Positions 1 through 10,603 are shown, numbered from the stretch's first letter. The stretch: 64,000 nt of DNA from an uncultured Gemmatimonadales bacterium (GCA_963821525.1 CAWGED010000006.1:1-64000); one strand, 5' to 3'. The notes: generated by a model not told the origin, from the letters alone. Made by a program: numbers and translations.

Positions 1-13
1 GGCGATAAGTTTT

Positions 14-195
14 GGGAGACGGGAGACGAGGAGACGGGAGACGAGAGACGGAGAGAGACGGAGAACGGGAGAACGGAGGAGTAGGGAAAACACCTCATCC
101 CGAGGAGCGAAGCGACGAGGGATCTAACGTCCTTACCTCGACCTCCCGGGCTCGGATGCTAGATCCCTCGCTGCGCTCGGGATGAGGTGCCGCCT
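14..195. repeat. GGGAGAC heptamer run followed by an inverted pair of REP-like palindromes
   Basis: (GGGAGAC/GGGAGAA)n at 14-78; CCTCATCCCGAG..CGAGGGATCTA at ~93-126 with its reverse complement at ~159-188. Confidence 0.85.
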
Positions 196-329
196 TCACT
201 CCCCGTTCGCGGTTCCCGTCTGTCCGCCGGTCCGTCGGTTCGTCGGTTCCCCGTTCCGCCTTCCCGCTGTATTCTCCTGCTCTGCCCCGACACCGCACCC
301 CTGACACCTGATCCCTGACACCTAACACC

Positions 330-2565
330 TTGTCCGACCAACTCTCCCGTCTCACCACCGCCCTCTCCTCCCGTTACGCCATCGAGCGCGAACTCGGCCA
401 GGGCGGGATGGCCACGGTCTACCTCGCCGACGACCTCAAGCACCACCGCAAGGTGGCGATCAAGGTGCTGCGGCCGGAGCTGGGCATGCTGCTCGGTGCT
501 GAGCGGTTCACCCGCGAGATCGAGGTCGTGGCGGGGACTGACCCATCCCCACATTCTTCCGCTCTACGATTCGGGTGACGTGCTCGGAGGTCCGAGCCTC
601 AGGCTCTCTTCTACGTCATGCCCTACGTCCGCGGCGATTCGCTGCGGCATAAGCTGCTCCGGGAGAAGCAGCTTGTCGGTGGACGACGCGATGAGGATCA
701 TTCGCCAAGTCGCCTCGGCGCTCGATCATGCCCATGCCCGCGGCCTGATCCACCGCGATATCAAGCCGGAGAACATCCTGCTTAACGAGGACCAGGCGAT
801 GGTCACCGACTTCGGCATTGCTCTCGAGGCCGCCGCGGTGCCGGAGAAGCGGCTGACCCGGTCGGGTGTCATGGTCGGGACGCCGTCCTACATGAGTCCG
901 GAGCAGGCTGCCGGCGAGAGGACGCTCGACGGTCGCAGCGACATCTACGGCCTGGGCGTCATGCTCTATGAAATGCTGGCGGGCGAGGCGCCCTTCACCG
1001 GGCCCACCGCGCAGGCGGTGATTGCCAAGCGATTCACCGATCCCGCCCCTTCGATTCGGCGGTTGAGACCAGCGGTGCCGGCTTCGGTGGACGAGACAAT
1101 CAAGAAGGCGCTTGCCAACGTCCCCGCCGACCGCTTCCCGAGCGGTGCCGCCATGGTCGCTGCACTCACGGCACCGGTCATTGCCAAGTCTCCCTCGGTC
1201 GCGGTACTCCCGTTCCTCAACTTCAGCGCCGATCCGGAGAACGAGTTCTTCGCCGACGGGATCACCGAGGACGTGATCGCCCAGCTGGCGAAGATCCGCT
1301 CGCTCAAAGTCATCTCCCACACCTCGGTGATGCCGTTCAAGAAGCGGGAGCTGAGTCTCAAGGAGATCGGGGCGCGACTGAATACGGGGACCCTGCTCGA
1401 GGGAAGCATCCGGCGAGCGGGGAATCGAGTGCGGATCGTCGCCCAGTTGATCGACGCCGAGACCGACCGTCACCTCTGGGCCGAGACCTATGATCGGGAT
1501 CTGACCGACATCTTCGCGATCCAGAGCGATGTCGCGCTGCGGATCGCGGGAGCACTGGAGGCGGAACTTTCCCACGAAGAGACGACCCGGATCAAGAAGC
1601 AGCCCACCGCTGACGTGCAGGCCTACCAGTTGTACCTCATGGGGCGGCATTGCCTGGCGCGGTGGACCGGTGAAGGGATGGATCAGGCCATCAAATACTT
1701 CGAGCAGGCGGTCGCCCGGGATAACGACTATGCCTTGGCGTATGCCGACCTGGGATACGCCTACACCGAGATTGGGATTGGAGTAGCCGGCTCCCTTCAT
1801 CCGGGTGAGGCATTTCGGAGGGCGAAGGCCGCGGTGGCGCGTGCTCTTGAAATCGACCCGGATCTCCCCGAGGCGTTCGCCGTGCTGGCCCATCTCAAGG
1901 TCGCGGTCGACTACGACTGGGCCGGGGCCGAGGCGGACTACAAGCGGGCGATCGAGCTCAACCCCAACAGCGGCGTCGCGTACGACGCTTATGGTCTGAT
2001 GCTGGCCTCCCTCGAACGCTACGACGAGGCGATCGAGATGCAGCAGCGGGCTCACGAGCTTGATCCGGTGGCGCACCGCATGGACATCGCGACGACGTAT
2101 TTGAGGGCGGGCCGGTACGAGGAAGCGATGCACGCCATTCTGGAGTGTCTCGAGATGGATCCTCATCTCGCCCTCGCCCATGCGACCGCGGGCTGGGCCT
2201 ATATCCTCAACGGAAAGCCGGAGCAGGGAATCGCGTCGTTGCGGAAGGCCTTGTCACTCTCGCCGGACAGCACGCTCTACCTGGCGCAACTGGGTCAGGC
2301 CTTGGCGCGAGCGGGCAAGATCGACGAGGCCCGGGACATCCTGCGGCAGCTTGAGGACCTCTCGAAGCAGCGTTACGTGTCGCCCTATCACATGGCGTAC
2401 GTCTACACCGGGCTCGGCGAGAACGACCGGGCGATGGATTTCCTGGAGAAGGCGCACGAGGTGAGGTCGGGGGGGATATTTGGGGTGAAGGGGTCGTTCT
2501 TGTTTGCGTCGTTGAGGGGGGAGCCGAGGTTTAAGGCGTTGTTGAAGAGGATGAACCTTGCGTGA
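330..2565 (+). CDS. Ser/Thr protein kinase with TolB-like domain and TPR repeats (frameshifts near 535-670)
   Basis: ELGQGGMATVYLA and VAIKVL (ORF 330) continue into HRDIKPEN, DFGIA, GTPSYMSPEQ, SVAVLPFLNFS and TPR helices (ORF 496). Confidence 0.93.
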
Positions 2566-2735
2566 GACGTGAGACGTGAGAGGTAGCAAGGGAGACGGGG
2601 AGCGAGAGCAACACCTCATCCCGAGCGCAGCGAGGGACCTAGCCTCCTAACCCAGGCGCCAATACCCAAGACATCAGATCTCGGCGTTCGCCGTTCCCCG
2701 TCTCCCGTCTTCCGTCTTCCGTCTCCCGTCTTCCC
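2566..2735. repeat. Intergenic repeat cluster (GTGAGAC and CCGTCT(C/T) heptamers plus a REP-like unit)
   Basis: Heptamer runs; CCTCATCCCGAGCGCAGCGAGGGACCTA at ~2614-2641. Confidence 0.8.
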
Positions 2736-2745
2736 AGAGGTCCAC

Positions 2746-3408
2746 ATGGGAATCTCTGACGCTCCGCGCGATTATCGAACGCTCATTGCCGCAGCCAGTC
2801 TCATCGGGGGCCCGCTTCTGATGAGCATCGGGGACCTTATTCACCCCGAAGAGCGAATGAACTCGGCTGAGCAGATTGCAATCCTCGTAGATCACGCCTC
2901 GCGCTGGTACCGAGCACACCTGCTCCTCTTCATCGGCATGATGCTATCGATTCCGGGGCTCCTCGCGCTCAGCAGCATCACGGCAGAGCGCAAGCCGGCA
3001 GCCGGCTATGCGGCACGCATCCTTACTCTGATCGGGGCCGCCGCCCTCGCCTCTATTTTTGTGGCCGAGATGCTGATCGGGCGGCTGGTGGCGGACGGCG
3101 GTGACACCGCTGCGGCTACACATCTGCTGGACATCACGTTATCGGGGCCGATAGTCGCCGCCGTCATTCCAGGTCTGCTGGCATTTTTCGTTGGCATCGC
3201 TGTCTTCGCCGGTCCCCTGCTGAAGGCCGGCGGCAAACTGCGCTGGATAGCCGCGCTCTATTCGATCGGAGCCCTGCTGATTCTGGCGGAGATCGTCTCC
3301 GCCCAGGTCCTTCTCAGCCAAATCGGAAACATCCTGATCTTCTGTGGGGGCACGGCGACGGCTTGGCTGATCCTTCGGGGGGAGATTCGTCTGCAGATCG
3401 CGGTGTAG
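2746..3408 (+). CDS. Hypothetical integral membrane protein (several TM segments)
   Basis: Intact 220 aa ORF, GAGG RBS, multiple hydrophobic stretches. Confidence 0.75.
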   Translation: MGISDAPRDYRTLIAAASLIGGPLLMSIGDLIHPEERMNSAEQIAILVDHASRWYRAHLLLFIGMMLSIPGLLALSSITAERKPAAGYAARILTLIGAAALASIFVAEMLIGRLVADGGDTAAATHLLDITLSGPIVAAVIPGLLAFFVGIAVFAGPLLKAGGKLRWIAALYSIGALLILAEIVSAQVLLSQIGNILIFCGGTATAWLILRGEIRLQIAV

Positions 3409-3591
3409 GGCGGAGAGGGGGAACGCCAGCGAGGACCGGCCGTCGGTGTGGTCGTACCGCTCCCTATTTTGTCATGCGAGGTCCCGCGGGGCCGAGCAAT
3501 TTGTCCGGTGTCCTTTTAAAAGTGCACAGTAGCCGCTGAGATTCTTCGGTCCGCCCGCTCCCGCAATGTCCGCCTCTCCGCCTCGTGACGC

Positions 3592-3713
3592 CCCGACCTA
3601 TGGGGTCACAAAATGCAGCCCATCCCTCAGATTCTGTAACTCCCGGTAGTAGTAGTAGGGCCGTCGGTTGCCTGCCCTTGAACCGGAGTGGCTTGAGAAA
3701 CGCGATTTCCTCC
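3592..3713 (-). repeat. Diverged duplicate (copy A) of the last ~120 bp of the XRE regulator gene
   Basis: Aligns to 6051-6171 with ~6 substitutions and 1 indel; encodes ..FLKPLRFKGRQPT..YYYRELQNLRDGLHFVTP*. Confidence 0.92.
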
Positions 3714-5588
3714 GCTCATACGGGAGCCGCGGGTCGACCGGAACGCAGCCGGCATACGCAGGTGACGCCGGCTCCGTTCGTTTCCGGCTACAGGGGATCC
3801 CCGAGAACAGCGTGCACTGGTTGCGAGGCCTGCCAGTTCGCGCAGCCGTGCCGTTCCGGACGCGTCGCCCACCTGAAACGGGACGAGCGCAACACGCCGT
3901 GCCAGGTCGTTCGTCACTCTGCGGATCAGTGCGACTTCGGCATCGGCCCGTTGCCTTAGCACGGGATCCGTCGGCCGTGCTGCCCACAGGCTGGCGTTGA
4001 TGACCCATGCGAACGGTTCGATTCCCGCACGGCGCACGTCCTCTTGCAGCGCCTGCGCCTCGAGCACCGGGGTCGTCTCCGGAAGCGTGACGATCAGCAC
4101 CTTTGTCAGATCGGCATCACGCAGCATCATGAGCGGCGTAACGACGTTCGGCTGGCCACGCGTTGGCTCGTGTGGCACCAGCTGTCGATGGAATGAGCCG
4201 GCCGCGTCGAGCAGCCGGAGCGTGTGGCCGGTCGGCGCGGTGTCAACAACGACCAGCTCCCGTTTCGCGCGGAACACGATCTTCGAGAAGGCCACGAACA
4301 CTGCGATCTCGTCATAGCACGGGGACTGAAGTTCCTCGTACACGAGGGCACGGTGTTCGGCATCGAGGCCTTGCGATCTGTTGGCAAATGCCTTCTCCCG
4401 ATACTGGCGAGCCTCCGCTTCAGGGTCGATACGGCTGACGGTCAACCCTGGTACATCCATGCCTAGCGTGTCTACCAGATGTGCAGCCGGATCAGTCGTC
4501 GTCAGCAGCACGGAACGGCCGCGATCTGCGATCGCGAGCGCGATCGTGGCGGCGATCGTCGTCTTGCCCACCCCGCCCTTGCCCATGACCATCACCAATC
4601 CGTGATCGCGCCCAGCGAGTACCTCGATGAGGGCCGATAACGATGGTATTGCGGGGACCTCGACTTCCCCCGCTCCGCCCGGTGTCCGCTGTCGCCCCCC
4701 ATTCGGCTCGGCCAACAAGGCCCGCACTGCCTGCAACCCCACCACGTTGAAGCCGCGCATCGGCACTTCGATACGCGGTAGTGCGCGAAGGCCGGCCGGC
4801 ATGTCAGCCAGGGCCTGCGCGGCCCGCCTCTCGACGGCCAGCGCGACCTGATCGGAGCGGTCCGCCGCGCGGAACACGGCGTTGACGACCAGGAGCGGGC
4901 TCTCCATGCCAAGCGCGCCGAGCTCGGTGCGGGTACGTTCGGACTCCAGAAGCGCCACGCGATCGGGCCTCGTGACGAGCACGAGGGTAGTCGCGTGCGC
5001 ATCGCCCAGCGTTCGGACGGCCTCTTCGTAGCGGGCCTGCTGGGCCTTCAGCCCGGCGAGCGGCCCCAGGCAGGAGGCACCGGTTGCGCTCATGTGAAGA
5101 AACCGACTCCACGCGGCCGGCAGTTGCAGGAGGCGCAGCGTGTGACCAGTGGGCGCCGTGTCGAACACGACATGGTCCACCGATTGCATCAGCTCATCCT
5201 GGCCGAGCAACACGGTGAATTCGTCGAACGCAGCGACTTCGACCGTGCAGGCCCCGGCAAGTTGTTCCTCGAGCTGGGCGAGTTCTGCTTCAGGCACCGT
5301 GCCCCGGTAGGGGGCCATCGTCCGCTCGCGATACTCCCGCGCTGCCGCCTCCGGATCGATGTTCATCGCAAGCAGGCCTGGCACACCCGGAACGGGCATC
5401 GGCGTATTGCCGAGCGGCACCTCAAGCACTGCATCGAGGTTCGAGGCGGGATCGGTGCTCACCAGGAGCGTGCGTCGCCCCCGATCGGCTAGGCCGACCG
5501 CAGTGGCACAGGCCAAGGAGGTCTTGCCGACGCCGCCTTTCCCGGTGAAAAAGAAGAATCGGACCGGGTGCTCGAAGACGCGGCTCAT
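3627..5588 (-). CDS. arsA: Arsenical pump-driving ATPase ArsA; true stop probably ~3790 (the ORF reads through into copy A)
   Basis: Two GKGGVGKT P-loops, two DTAPTGH motifs, Cys in GACT, SCLGP and SPCY. Confidence 0.93.
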   Translation of the reverse strand: MSRVFEHPVRFFFFTGKGGVGKTSLACATAVGLADRGRRTLLVSTDPASNLDAVLEVPLGNTPMPVPGVPGLLAMNIDPEAAAREYRERTMAPYRGTVPEAELAQLEEQLAGACTVEVAAFDEFTVLLGQDELMQSVDHVVFDTAPTGHTLRLLQLPAAWSRFLHMSATGASCLGPLAGLKAQQARYEEAVRTLGDAHATTLVLVTRPDRVALLESERTRTELGALGMESPLLVVNAVFRAADRSDQVALAVERRAAQALADMPAGLRALPRIEVPMRGFNVVGLQAVRALLAEPNGGRQRTPGGAGEVEVPAIPSLSALIEVLAGRDHGLVMVMGKGGVGKTTIAATIALAIADRGRSVLLTTTDPAAHLVDTLGMDVPGLTVSRIDPEAEARQYREKAFANRSQGLDAEHRALVYEELQSPCYDEIAVFVAFSKIVFRAKRELVVVDTAPTGHTLRLLDAAGSFHRQLVPHEPTRGQPNVVTPLMMLRDADLTKVLIVTLPETTPVLEAQALQEDVRRAGIEPFAWVINASLWAARPTDPVLRQRADAEVALIRRVTNDLARRVALVPFQVGDASGTARLRELAGLATSARCSRGSPVAGNERSRRHLRMPAAFRSTRGSRMSGGNRVSQATPVQGQATDGPTTTTGSYRI

Positions 5589-5675
5589 GGCATCAGTCAC
5601 GAGACGCCCGGCTGTCGCGCCAACATTCGGAGGCATTGGGGCCAAGCGGCTTTCTGGGCTGTGTCATAGCGATCA

Positions 5676-5850
5676 TCAGAGCGCAGATGCCGGGGCTCTT
5701 GCGGGTGAGACGCGAGCACCCCGTTCGTACCAGCCGCGGGTGCGGCTGACGATCCGGACGACTGAGAGCATTACTGGGACCTCGATCAGGACGCCCACCA
5801 CCGTGGCGAGCGCCGCGCCGGGTCATCGGCATGTCGGGTGCTGCAGCCAT
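5676..5850 (-). pseudogene. acr3: Internally deleted Acr3 arsenite permease (start codon region fused to the C-terminal ~47 codons)
   Basis: RBS plus [10 protein letters not shown], then out of frame [32 protein letters not shown], a typical Acr3 C-terminus, directly upstream of arsA. Confidence 0.8.
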
Positions 5851-6056
5851 CGCTTTCTCCCTCTATCAGGTGCCAAGGTCGCCGCGGGACCGGGCTCGTA
5901 TCAACTATTAGGTGCGACCCGCCAGGGGCCGAAGCAATCTCTCCCGGTGTCTTTACCAGGAGCGCTCTCTGCCAGGTTGAGCGGTTGAGATTGCTTCGCT
6001 CGCTCGCGCTCGCTCGCAATGAGAGGATCCCGTTCCCCGTTCCCCGTTCCCCCGAC

Positions 6057-6918
6057 CTATGGGGTCACAAAATGCAGCCCGTCCCTCAAATTCTGTAACT
6101 CCCGGTAGTAGTAGAGGGCCGTCGGCTGCCTCCCCTTGAACCGGAGCTGCTTGAGAAACGCGATTTCCTCCTGCGGTCGCCGTGCTGCTCATGGCAGGAT
6201 TCTCCAGGAACTCGTCCAGCCCCGGTTGCCCGGCAGACAGCTCGTCGGCCGTCCGCTCAACAAACTCGAATCGCCTCACGTGCTCGGAGACCACCCTGGG
6301 GTTGAGGACGATGTCCAGGGCAAACGTCGTGAGGTCGATGTCCCAGGATTCGATCAGGGGATCCAGGAACGAGTCGCACTGGTCCCGGGACAGGTGGAAG
6401 ATGTCGGTGTCGAGGAACTCGAGGACGATGACGCGGATTTCCTCGAAGCTTCGGCCACTCAGGTCCGCCACCTGGCGGAGCCAGGAGTCGTTGGCCAATT
6501 CTTGCCTTGGCCACCGTGCCGTGAGCACGTCCAGGAGCCGCTGGGTAACCAGCCGCTCCAGCTCGCCGAAGGGCTGCCGTTCGAAGATCGCGCGGACGTG
6601 GGCTTCCCTGTCGGGGTGGACCTTGCGAAGGATCAACTGGCGGACTTCCCGGAACAGGGGTGCGCGCTCGTCGCTCAATTCCTGCTTCAATTCCTCCCTG
6701 CGCTGAATCTCCGCCAACCGCGCCAGCTCCCCGCTGGGCAGCTTCAGGAACCGGTCCATCTTGGCATAAATGTCGGTCCGGCTCGGCGCGGGAGGCGCCT
6801 TCTTCCGGGTGAGCAACTGAGAGATGTACGACTCGGTCACCCGCGCGGCGCGCGCGAGCTCACGCTGGTCCAGGCCGAATGCCTCCAGCCGCTGCCGAAT
6901 CACCAACGAGACATCCAC
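6057..6918 (-). CDS. XRE-family helix-turn-helix regulator (one frameshift ~6175)
   Basis: QRELARAARVTESYISQLL HTH; GGAGG RBS; corrected C-terminus EEIAFLKQLRFKGRQPTALYYYRELQNLRDGLHFVTP* ends at TAG 6057-6059. Confidence 0.85.
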
Positions 6919-6946
6919 GGCGTGCCTCCCAGGAGCGGAATCACGG

Positions 6947-7019
6947 TTAACTCATGTGGGTTAATTATAATGCAATGATATGATATTGACTTGACAAATG
7001 CAGTACAGTCGGGTAGGTT
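6947..7019 (+). promoter_or_regulatory. Divergent control region: sigma70-like promoter and an operator-like inverted repeat
   Basis: TTGACA(6991)-17 bp-TAGGTT(7014); TTAACTCA-TG-TGGGTTAA at 6947-6964; AT-rich island. Confidence 0.6.
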
Positions 7020-7079
7020 CGATCCGGTGGATCAGTGCGGTCACTGCCACGTAAACCGAAGTACCGCAAGGAGTTCAAT

Positions 7080-7394
7080 ATGTACGCACGGAATGTGTCA
7101 ATCAGTCTCAAGCCCAACACCGCCCCCGAGTTTACCCAGACGTTCGAGAAGGACATCCTGCCCATGCTGCGCAAGCAGAATGGCTTCAAGGATGAGATCA
7201 CGTTCGTCAGCGCCAGCGGCAAGGAAGCGTTCGCCATCAGCTTGTGGGATCGCAAGGAGAGCGCGGATCAGTATGGCCGCGACACCTATCCTCAGGTGCT
7301 CAAGGGTCTGTCGAAGGTGGTAGAAGGCACGCCACAGGTGAACGGCTACGAAGTTCTGAACTCGACCTTCCATAAGATCGCCGCTCACATCTAA
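7080..7394 (+). CDS. Small ABM-like (dimeric alpha+beta barrel) protein
   Basis: AAGGAG RBS; ILPMLRKQNGFKDEI..AISLWD..SADQY pattern. Confidence 0.7.
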   Translation: MYARNVSISLKPNTAPEFTQTFEKDILPMLRKQNGFKDEITFVSASGKEAFAISLWDRKESADQYGRDTYPQVLKGLSKVVEGTPQVNGYEVLNSTFHKIAAHI

Positions 7395-7465
7395 GCCCGA
7401 CCGGTTTCTGACGAGGGGGCGGACCCAGTCCGCCTCTTCATCAGTCCATTGAAGGAGAGGTATGT

Positions 7466-7990
7466 ATGGTATACGCAACTACCCTGACCGCCCCCGCTTT
7501 TTCGCTACGGCGGCAGATCGATCGCCTGTTGGAGGACACTCTCGGAAACGGCCGCGCCGGGCAGGGCGATTGGATTCCGGCGGTGGACATCTGCGAGACC
7601 GAAGGGGCGCTGACCTTCTCGGTGGAGCTACCCGGTGTCCGGCCGGAAGATGTCGAGGTGACGGCAGAGGAAGGGATCCTGACGATTCACGGTGTGAGGA
7701 CCGCCGTGCGGAGCGAGGGCGAGGACGAGCGCTATCATCTGGTTGAGCGCAGTTACGGGTCGTTCCTGCGCCGATTCCAACTCCCTCAGGGAGTGGACGC
7801 GGACAAGATCGAGGCCGACGTCAAGGAGGGTGTGCTCCAGGTGCGCATCCCCAGGCTGGCACTGCCCGAGCCGAAGCGGATTCAGGTCAAGGCTCGCGTG
7901 GAAGCGGTCACCCTGCCGTCAAAGGCGCTCGCTGCCGAGAGCCGTCCGGGTTCGCCGAAAAAGCTGAATGGCGCAGGGCGGGCGAAGTAA
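7466..7990 (+). CDS. Hsp20/alpha-crystallin small heat-shock protein
   Basis: PAVDICE, VELPGV, ERSYGSFLRRFQLP, GVLQVRIP. Confidence 0.93.
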   Translation: MVYATTLTAPAFSLRRQIDRLLEDTLGNGRAGQGDWIPAVDICETEGALTFSVELPGVRPEDVEVTAEEGILTIHGVRTAVRSEGEDERYHLVERSYGSFLRRFQLPQGVDADKIEADVKEGVLQVRIPRLALPEPKRIQVKARVEAVTLPSKALAAESRPGSPKKLNGAGRAK

Positions 7991-8042
7991 TCCAAGGAGT
8001 GGGGCAGGAAGAGCGGAGTGCAGGAAAGGGGTTGAGAGCTGA

Positions 8043-8500
8043 ACCTCATCCCGAGTGAAGCGAAGCGAGAGCCTGCCCCGAGCATGGCGAGAGGGATCTA
8101 CTATCCGATGGTGGGAGAGTAGGTCCTTCACTGGTACTCGGCGGCACCGGCGGACCGGCGGACAGACAGAGCGGACCGGCGGACGGGCGGACGGGGACCG
8201 GAAGAGCTGTCATTCCGAGCCGCAGCCCTGAGCGAAGCGAAGGGGCGCGAGGAATCTCGATGCTGGGTCTTTGAGGGGGCGTAGGATCCGGATTCCTCGG
8301 CGCTTACGCCAAGTTGATGTACTTATCCCCTCCCTTCGGCCGCTTCGGGCCTGCGGCCCTTAGCGTGACGGCGGCCTCTAAAGATGGGTGCGGCCTTCGG
8401 CCGGGTCGGCTTGCCTTACCGTCGGGTGTCGGTTCACACCGTCCGCCGATCCGCCGGTCCGCCCCCTCGCTTCGCTCGGGGCAAGCTTGTCCGCCCGTCC
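8043..8500. repeat. Composite intergenic repeat cluster (REP-like palindromes, CCGGCGGA octamers)
   Basis: CCTCATCCCGAG, GTCATTCCGAG..GAGGAATCTC and CGTGACGGCGGCC..GCGGCCTTCGGCCGG units recur elsewhere in the window. Confidence 0.8.
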
Positions 8501-8503
8501 GCC

Positions 8504-8940
8504 CTATTTGAGGTCCGGGTGGGCCCGCTTCAGCCATGCAGCGACTAGCGCCTGTAACTCCCTGACTGCCTTGATCAGTTCATCTGTTCTGCCCGCGACA
8601 CTCGATCAACTCCCTCGTAGGTGATGTCGTGCCTCATGGTTCGGCAGTGATCAAGAAAGGCAACGAGCTCGCTGGCTTTGTCTCCAAGAATGAGCTCGAG
8701 GGCTGCGATGGTAAGATAATGTTTGTTTCACGAGTCGCGCGATAACCCTCAGCAGCCAAGGCCAGGTTGCATAGGTGTAACGCCGCGTTGTAGCGATGTT
8801 GAAACTCCAGGCGGCCGACAACCCTTTCGTGGCTGCATTCTGGAGATCCGACTTCGCAGCCTCAAAAAGCTGCCTGATTTCGGAGGGCGAGGTCCATGAC
8901 CCTGAAGCCAGCCGTTACTCTGCCAATCCTTCAGCGTCAC
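8504..8940 (-). CDS. HEPN-like toxin, partner of the MNT protein (several frameshifts)
   Basis: Pieced across frames: VTLKDWQSNGWL..SEIRQLFEAAKSDLQNA..HYLTIAALELILG..FLDHCRTMRHDITYE..AWLKRAHPDLK*; GTGA overlap with the upstream gene. Confidence 0.65.
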
Positions 8941-9501
8941 TCTCGGTCCCCACAATCATCAGGCGCGGATTGGCGAATACCCTGGACAGGAAGTGATCGC
9001 GTCGGCGCCGCCTCGTCAGCCCATTCCTTCTTGGTCCACACGACCGGGTTGATGTCTCGACCCAGTTGCTCCTGAGCCTGACGAAGAGGCCCCACCACCG
9101 CCCTCAGTCCCGCACTGCCGACCACCATAAGATCGATGTCACTTTTGGCGCCGCTGGTCCCTGACGCGGCCGACCCGAACACGAAGGCCAAGGAAGTCCG
9201 TCGGATCCAAGTGCTTCTCGCAAGAGCGGAACGATGCCCGCGGTCTTGAGCACAATCTCGCGCAGCGGCAGGAAGAGTGGGTGTCCTCGCGCCGCACGCA
9301 GGTACTTCTGTTGCCATCACGTCGATCGCTGAGGACCCCGGCCTGGACCAGCCGGTCGAGTTGGACCTGGATGCTACGAGGGGCCATCCCGGTGGCCCGA
9401 ACCAGCTCGCGGAGGTAGAACTCCCGATCCGGCTCGAGATGGGTCCGGGCCAGGATGGCTAGGCCCGCCTTGGAGCGGAGCAAGGGAGTTGGTGGCAGCA
9501 T
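8937..9501 (-). CDS. wHTH + minimal nucleotidyltransferase (MNT) antitoxin (frameshifted)
   Basis: FYLRELVRATG HTH; AFVFGS..SDIDLMVVG NTase motif; LGRDINPVV. Confidence 0.82.
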
Positions 9502-9506
9502 TATTC

Positions 9507-9542
9507 TATGCTAATAGCATACAATTGTATGGCAATGGCATA
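9507..9542. promoter_or_regulatory. Overlapping operator-like palindromes upstream of MNT
   Basis: TATGCTA-A-TAGCATA (9507-9521), CATACAATTGTATG (9518-9531), second TATG-N7-CATA box at 9528-9542. Confidence 0.6.
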
Positions 9543-9549
9543 CGTTATA

Positions 9550-9848
9550 CCTAACCCCCTGCCCCCGGCCCCCTCGCTTCGCTCGGGGCGACTTCGTCGC
9601 CTATTGGGGAAGGGGGGACGCGCCGAGGAGTCCAGCGACGAATGGTTGTCATCCCAAGCGGAGCGAGGGATCTCGACCTCATCTTTCCGGTTCACCGTTC
9701 GCCGGTCTCCCGTTCTCCGTCTCCCGCTTCTACCTCACCCCCTGTCCCCCTCTCCGTGAGACGGAGAGGGGGAACGCCAGCGAGGAGTCCGTCCGCCGGT
9801 CCGCCCCCTCGCTTCGCTCGGGGCAAGCTTGTCCGCCGTGTCCGCCCT
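9550..9848. repeat. Composite repeat cluster between the two TA modules
   Basis: CCTAACCCCC..TATTGGG(G)AAGGGGG unit; ~85 bp unit shared with 10604-10690 and ~11350-11435; 45 bp identical to 8451-8495. Confidence 0.85.
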
Positions 9849-9870
9849 GTCCGGCGCGTGTAACAATCCC

Positions 9871-9900
9871 TTGTCGCCCTATAACGATATCCGTTATAAT
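9871..9900 (+). promoter_or_regulatory. higBA promoter with overlapping operator
   Basis: TTGTCG-18 bp-TATAAT; perfect IR TATAACG-ATATC-CGTTATA at 9880-9898. Confidence 0.75.
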
Positions 9901-9907
9901 GGTTCAC

Positions 9908-10201
9908 ATGATAAGGAGCTTCGCGGATCAAGGGACGGAAGACATTTACCGCGGGCTCGATACCAAGGCCGCCCGGAAGGTCTGCCCGCGGCAGATCTGG
10001 AACGTGGCTTGGCGAAAGCTCGACATGTTGAACGCGGTCAGCCGATTGCAGGACCTGAAGGTTCCCCCATCGAACCGGCTGGAGAAGCTGGCGCGCGATC
10101 GGGCAGGGCAGTGGGCCATCAGGGTGAATGACCAATTCCGCCTCTGCTTTCGCTGGGAAGGCACCGACGCTTTTGAGGTGGAAATCACCGACTACCACTA
10201 A
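9908..10201 (+). CDS. higB: HigB (RelE/ParE family) toxin
   Basis: MIRSFAD..DLKVPPSNRLEKL..GQWAIRVNDQFRLCFRW..VEITDYH. Confidence 0.93.
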   Translation: MIRSFADQGTEDIYRGLDTKAARKVCPRQIWNVAWRKLDMLNAVSRLQDLKVPPSNRLEKLARDRAGQWAIRVNDQFRLCFRWEGTDAFEVEITDYH

Positions 10202-10260
10202 CCCCCGGTCGGGGTCGGTGTATGCAGGAAGATCACGGGGCTATACATCAGGTGGCAAAA

Positions 10261-10574
10261 ATGGCCACAACGTTGCCGAGCGCCCGGGAGCCGACGCATC
10301 CGGGAGAAATGCTCAACGCGGAGTTCATCGAGCCGCTCAACCTCACGCAAACCGATGTTGCCCGTCGGCTGGGGATTTCCTTCCCCAGGCTGAATGAGAT
10401 CATCAACCGGAAGCGCGCGGTCACCCCGGACACGGCGCTACGCCTGGAGCAGTTGTTCGGGGTGGCTGCGGATTTCTGGTTGACCCTGCAGCTGCATTGG
10501 GACCTCTGGCACGCCATGCGGAGCGACGCCGCGAAGGCCATCAAGCGGATCAGCGGATCCGGCAGACCGCATAA
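10261..10574 (+). CDS. higA: HigA antitoxin; true stop probably TAA at 10572-10574 after a frameshift
   Basis: PTHPGEML..LTQTDVARRLG..RLNEIINRKRAVTPDTALRL..FWLTLQ..WDLW. Confidence 0.9.
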
Positions 10575-10603
10575 CCACACGGGCCGGTCCGCCGGTCTGC
10601 GCG

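Noticed and set aside
616..2181. Long antisense ORFs (e.g. 616-2181, 19234-20661, 59674-60975)
   Set aside because: Shadow frames of GC-rich genes with no motifs of their own
3627..3830. Genuine ArsA fusion to the regulator C-terminal domain
   Set aside because: The duplicated segment is out of frame with ArsA, and a TAG at 3788-3790 is reachable with one indel
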